From Macrostomum lignano (lineage: Eukaryota), in contig NIVC01000356.1 in NCBI GenBank assembly GCA_002269645.1, positions 434,001 to 498,000 of the forward strand: DNA of 64,000 nucleotides, read 5' to 3'. The notes beneath the pieces are model-generated. The model saw only the letters and a list, made by a program, of their open reading frames with translations. It was not told where the DNA came from and ran no database searches. A program made the translations under genes and the position numbers. Of this stretch, positions 61,797 to 64,000 are shown one piece after another; position 1 is the first letter of the stretch, and every line of letters starts with the position of its first letter.

Positions 61797-63684
61797 TCAC
61801 GCAGTAGACAATTTGGTGAACTTGGCTGTGAGCTGGGTGCAAATAGTCAGAAGGCGCAGGACGTCAGCTTCTTCGCGAGCGCTGCTCTCGAACTCACGCC
61901 AGGCAGATTGAAGCTTCTCCTCTCGTCGCCTGTAAACTGGCCTCACTCGCCGTGCGACACCGACTGAAGCTTGCAGCTGTTGAGCATGCAGGACTGCCAA
62001 TGTCGATTGCTGCGCCAGAAGGTCCGCCAAAGCATACAAATTCAGGTTGCCTTTCCTGGCTCGTCGATTGAGGGCCAGGTGCCAGCCCTCGACTGAATTG
62101 TTTGTGCGCTCCCTCTGCCTGTAGACAGATAGTTCGTCCAGACTCCAGATACTGCTTGACAGCCATGTCTGCTCCACGTAGCGACACAGCCGCACTAATG
62201 CCTCGGAGTTTGCTGAATCCACCAGAGTTCCGAATGCAGTATAGATATGCGGCGCTGGCAGGTAGATGAGAGCCATCAGCTTCTTGCAAAAAAGCTGTGT
62301 CTCCTTATCGGTTGTGTAGGTCGCGGAAAGGCCAAGGTCTTGGATTTTTCGAAAAATGCTCTGTGCGAAGTGAAATGAGCATCCCTGCAGCTGAGCGTCG
62401 GGGCAGGTTTGATGCAAAGCCTCCCGCATAGCTGCTTCAAAGTCGAGCACAGCTGCCGTGGGTCGAGCTCCTGTCAGCTCGATCAGCCGCTCAAGTACAT
62501 GAACGTAGTCGTGTTTTGATCTTCCAGACATAAGGATTAAGCACAGAGGTACCTGCTTTTCCTTTCCGTCTTGATGGATAAGACCGTGAACTAAAAATGT
62601 ACAGGATTTGATTATTATTTAGTATTAAACGTTTAGTATAGTTGGATTTAGTATTTAGTAGTTTAGTATCAGTAAGATTTAGTTATATAGATTAGTATTA
62701 AAAGATTTAAAGCAAATTAAAAAGTAACTCACCGGAATAAAGCTGCATAAACGGATTTTTAACAACGTAGAATGTTCCATCCATGAACCATTGATTCATA
62801 GTAGTCAGAATCTCCAGTTGCTCATCAGTGGCAAACAACAAATGGCGCTTATGGGTTCTGGCCACGGTGATGTCCGCTTTGAGAAAGTTGGAGTGGAGGG
62901 CCAGCTCTTGAAGTTCAAATCGAAGATCATGTGGATGAGGAGGCTGGCTTCCTGCGCGATATCGGTTAGCGTTTCTAGCCAGCTGCTCAACTGCTGGAAG
63001 ATTAGCGCCCTGCTCACCTCGCAGTGCCTGTGCTATTAGGGCGCTTTCAGCAATCTCTGCCGCTGATTCAAATCGGCATCGCTTTGCTTCGTGCTTCACT
63101 TCCCATTGAATTTCTCTTTTGAGGCCGCCGGCCATGTTGGGCTCGCATATGTGTTGCCGGCTTACATGAAAAGCGCCATCAATTGTCTCTTTAACGGAGC
63201 CGTTACAGTTCAAAGCACCGTTTCGAACCACGCATTTCCAGTATTTACACCCAGCTTTACCTCCATTTCTTCCCAGAATATAACCACGGGAAGATACAAG
63301 CAAATCGCCGCCACGTTCGCTTACGCCCCGCTTTAGTTGAAACTGCTCTGGCTCCACTTGCAAGGGCATTACTTGAGCAGGAAGAGCTGCCGGTGGCGCG
63401 GCGAAAGCTGCTGGTGGATTGTCAAAAGCTGGCAGATCGGCGAAAGCTGCTGGCGGATCGGCAAAGGCTGCAGGCAGATCGGCGGGAGCTGCTGGTGGCT
63501 CGGCGAAAGCTGCTGGTGGATCGGCAAAAGCTGGCAGATCGGCGAAAGCTGCTGGTGGATCGGCAAAAGCTGGCAGCTCGGCGGGAGCTGCTGGTGGCTC
63601 GGCGAAAGCTGCTGGCGGATCGGCTGAACCCAGATCAGAAAACTGGCTTGTGCCAACCTCACCAGCACCATTGAGCGTCTGGGT
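61797..63684 (-). mobile_element. Spliced Mutator (MULE) transposase with FLYWCH domain, intact DDE
   Basis: Exons 62733-63684 and 61797-62590, intron 62591-62732 (GTGAGT..TTTTAG, phase 1). FLYWCH-like LLVSSRGY...YWKC...C.GSV....HIC. Catalytic motifs MDGTF, VLDFE, GCSFH, RTNNSVEGWH. In-frame ATG at 63369 gives 476 aa. Confidence 0.9.
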
Positions 63685-63862
63685 CTGTGTGTGTGAAAAA
63701 TTTGTTATCGCTTTGTACTACGAGATTTACATCAAGCTTAAACTTTGCAGCATGGCCGAAATATCAACAATTACATGTACCGTAGCATAGCATGTAAATT
63801 ACAGTAATTAATATATAATAGAATCCTTCATACTACACAGTAGGTGCTGCCAGTCTCTTACC

Positions 63863-64000
63863 TCATTTTTTTCCAGTGCACTTTGAGCATTGCCAATTAA
63901 AGGAATGTTCCATCAAAGCATGGTATTCCTTTCGTCTCAAACCAGTGCCGCAAAGACGGTGCTGCCATAGCTGACAAGAATCGCACTGTAAAGCATGCTG
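63863..64000 (-). CDS. C-terminal part of a PHD zinc finger (runs off the window), upstream of the MULE transposase
   Basis: QHALQCDSCQLWQHRLCGTGLRRKEYHALMEHSFNWQCSKCTGKK*: the C-x2-C-x4-H-x2-C...W-x-C-x2-C part of a PHD. A GTAAGA donor follows at 63861. Confidence 0.8.
   Translation of the reverse strand, partial: QHALQCDSCQLWQHRLCGTGLRRKEYHALMEHSFNWQCSKCTGKK

Noticed and set aside
63947-63996. Resemblance to a flatworm spliced-leader start (gccg.aaagacggt...gcatg), from memory
   Set aside because: The hairpin is broken, no GT donor or Sm site follows, and the bases are explained by PHD coding on the opposite strand.

Overview
Animal (invertebrate) genomic DNA: AT-rich intergenic and intronic sequence, GC-rich spliced exons, very many minisatellites and non-autonomous DNA transposons. 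The style is reminiscent of free-living flatworms such as Macrostomum, but that is inference only. Host genes rebuilt by hand from GT-AG junctions: DJ-1/PARK7 first coding exon (-), myeloid leukemia factor (-), a 7-exon ATP-dependent phosphofructokinase (-), a small 2-exon signal-peptide/mucin/hydrophobic-tail gene missed by the ORF track (-), CMC4 (+), a divergent NR3/ERR-like nuclear receptor (+), an orphan multi-exon gene (+) and MEK/MAP2K1 (+). Mobile DNA: a spliced FLYWCH-MULE transposase with intact catalytic motifs and an upstream PHD-finger exon that is one base out of frame, a 3.9-kb non-autonomous Mutator element 159 bp upstream of the DJ-1 start codon, several hAT-type MITEs with 8-bp TSDs, a solo LTR nested in a telomere-repeat MITE, and a tRNA-derived SINE. 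No rRNA, bona fide tRNA or CRISPR array was seen. Most long ORFs in the track are artefacts of tandem repeats. All product calls come from remembered family motifs, not database searches.
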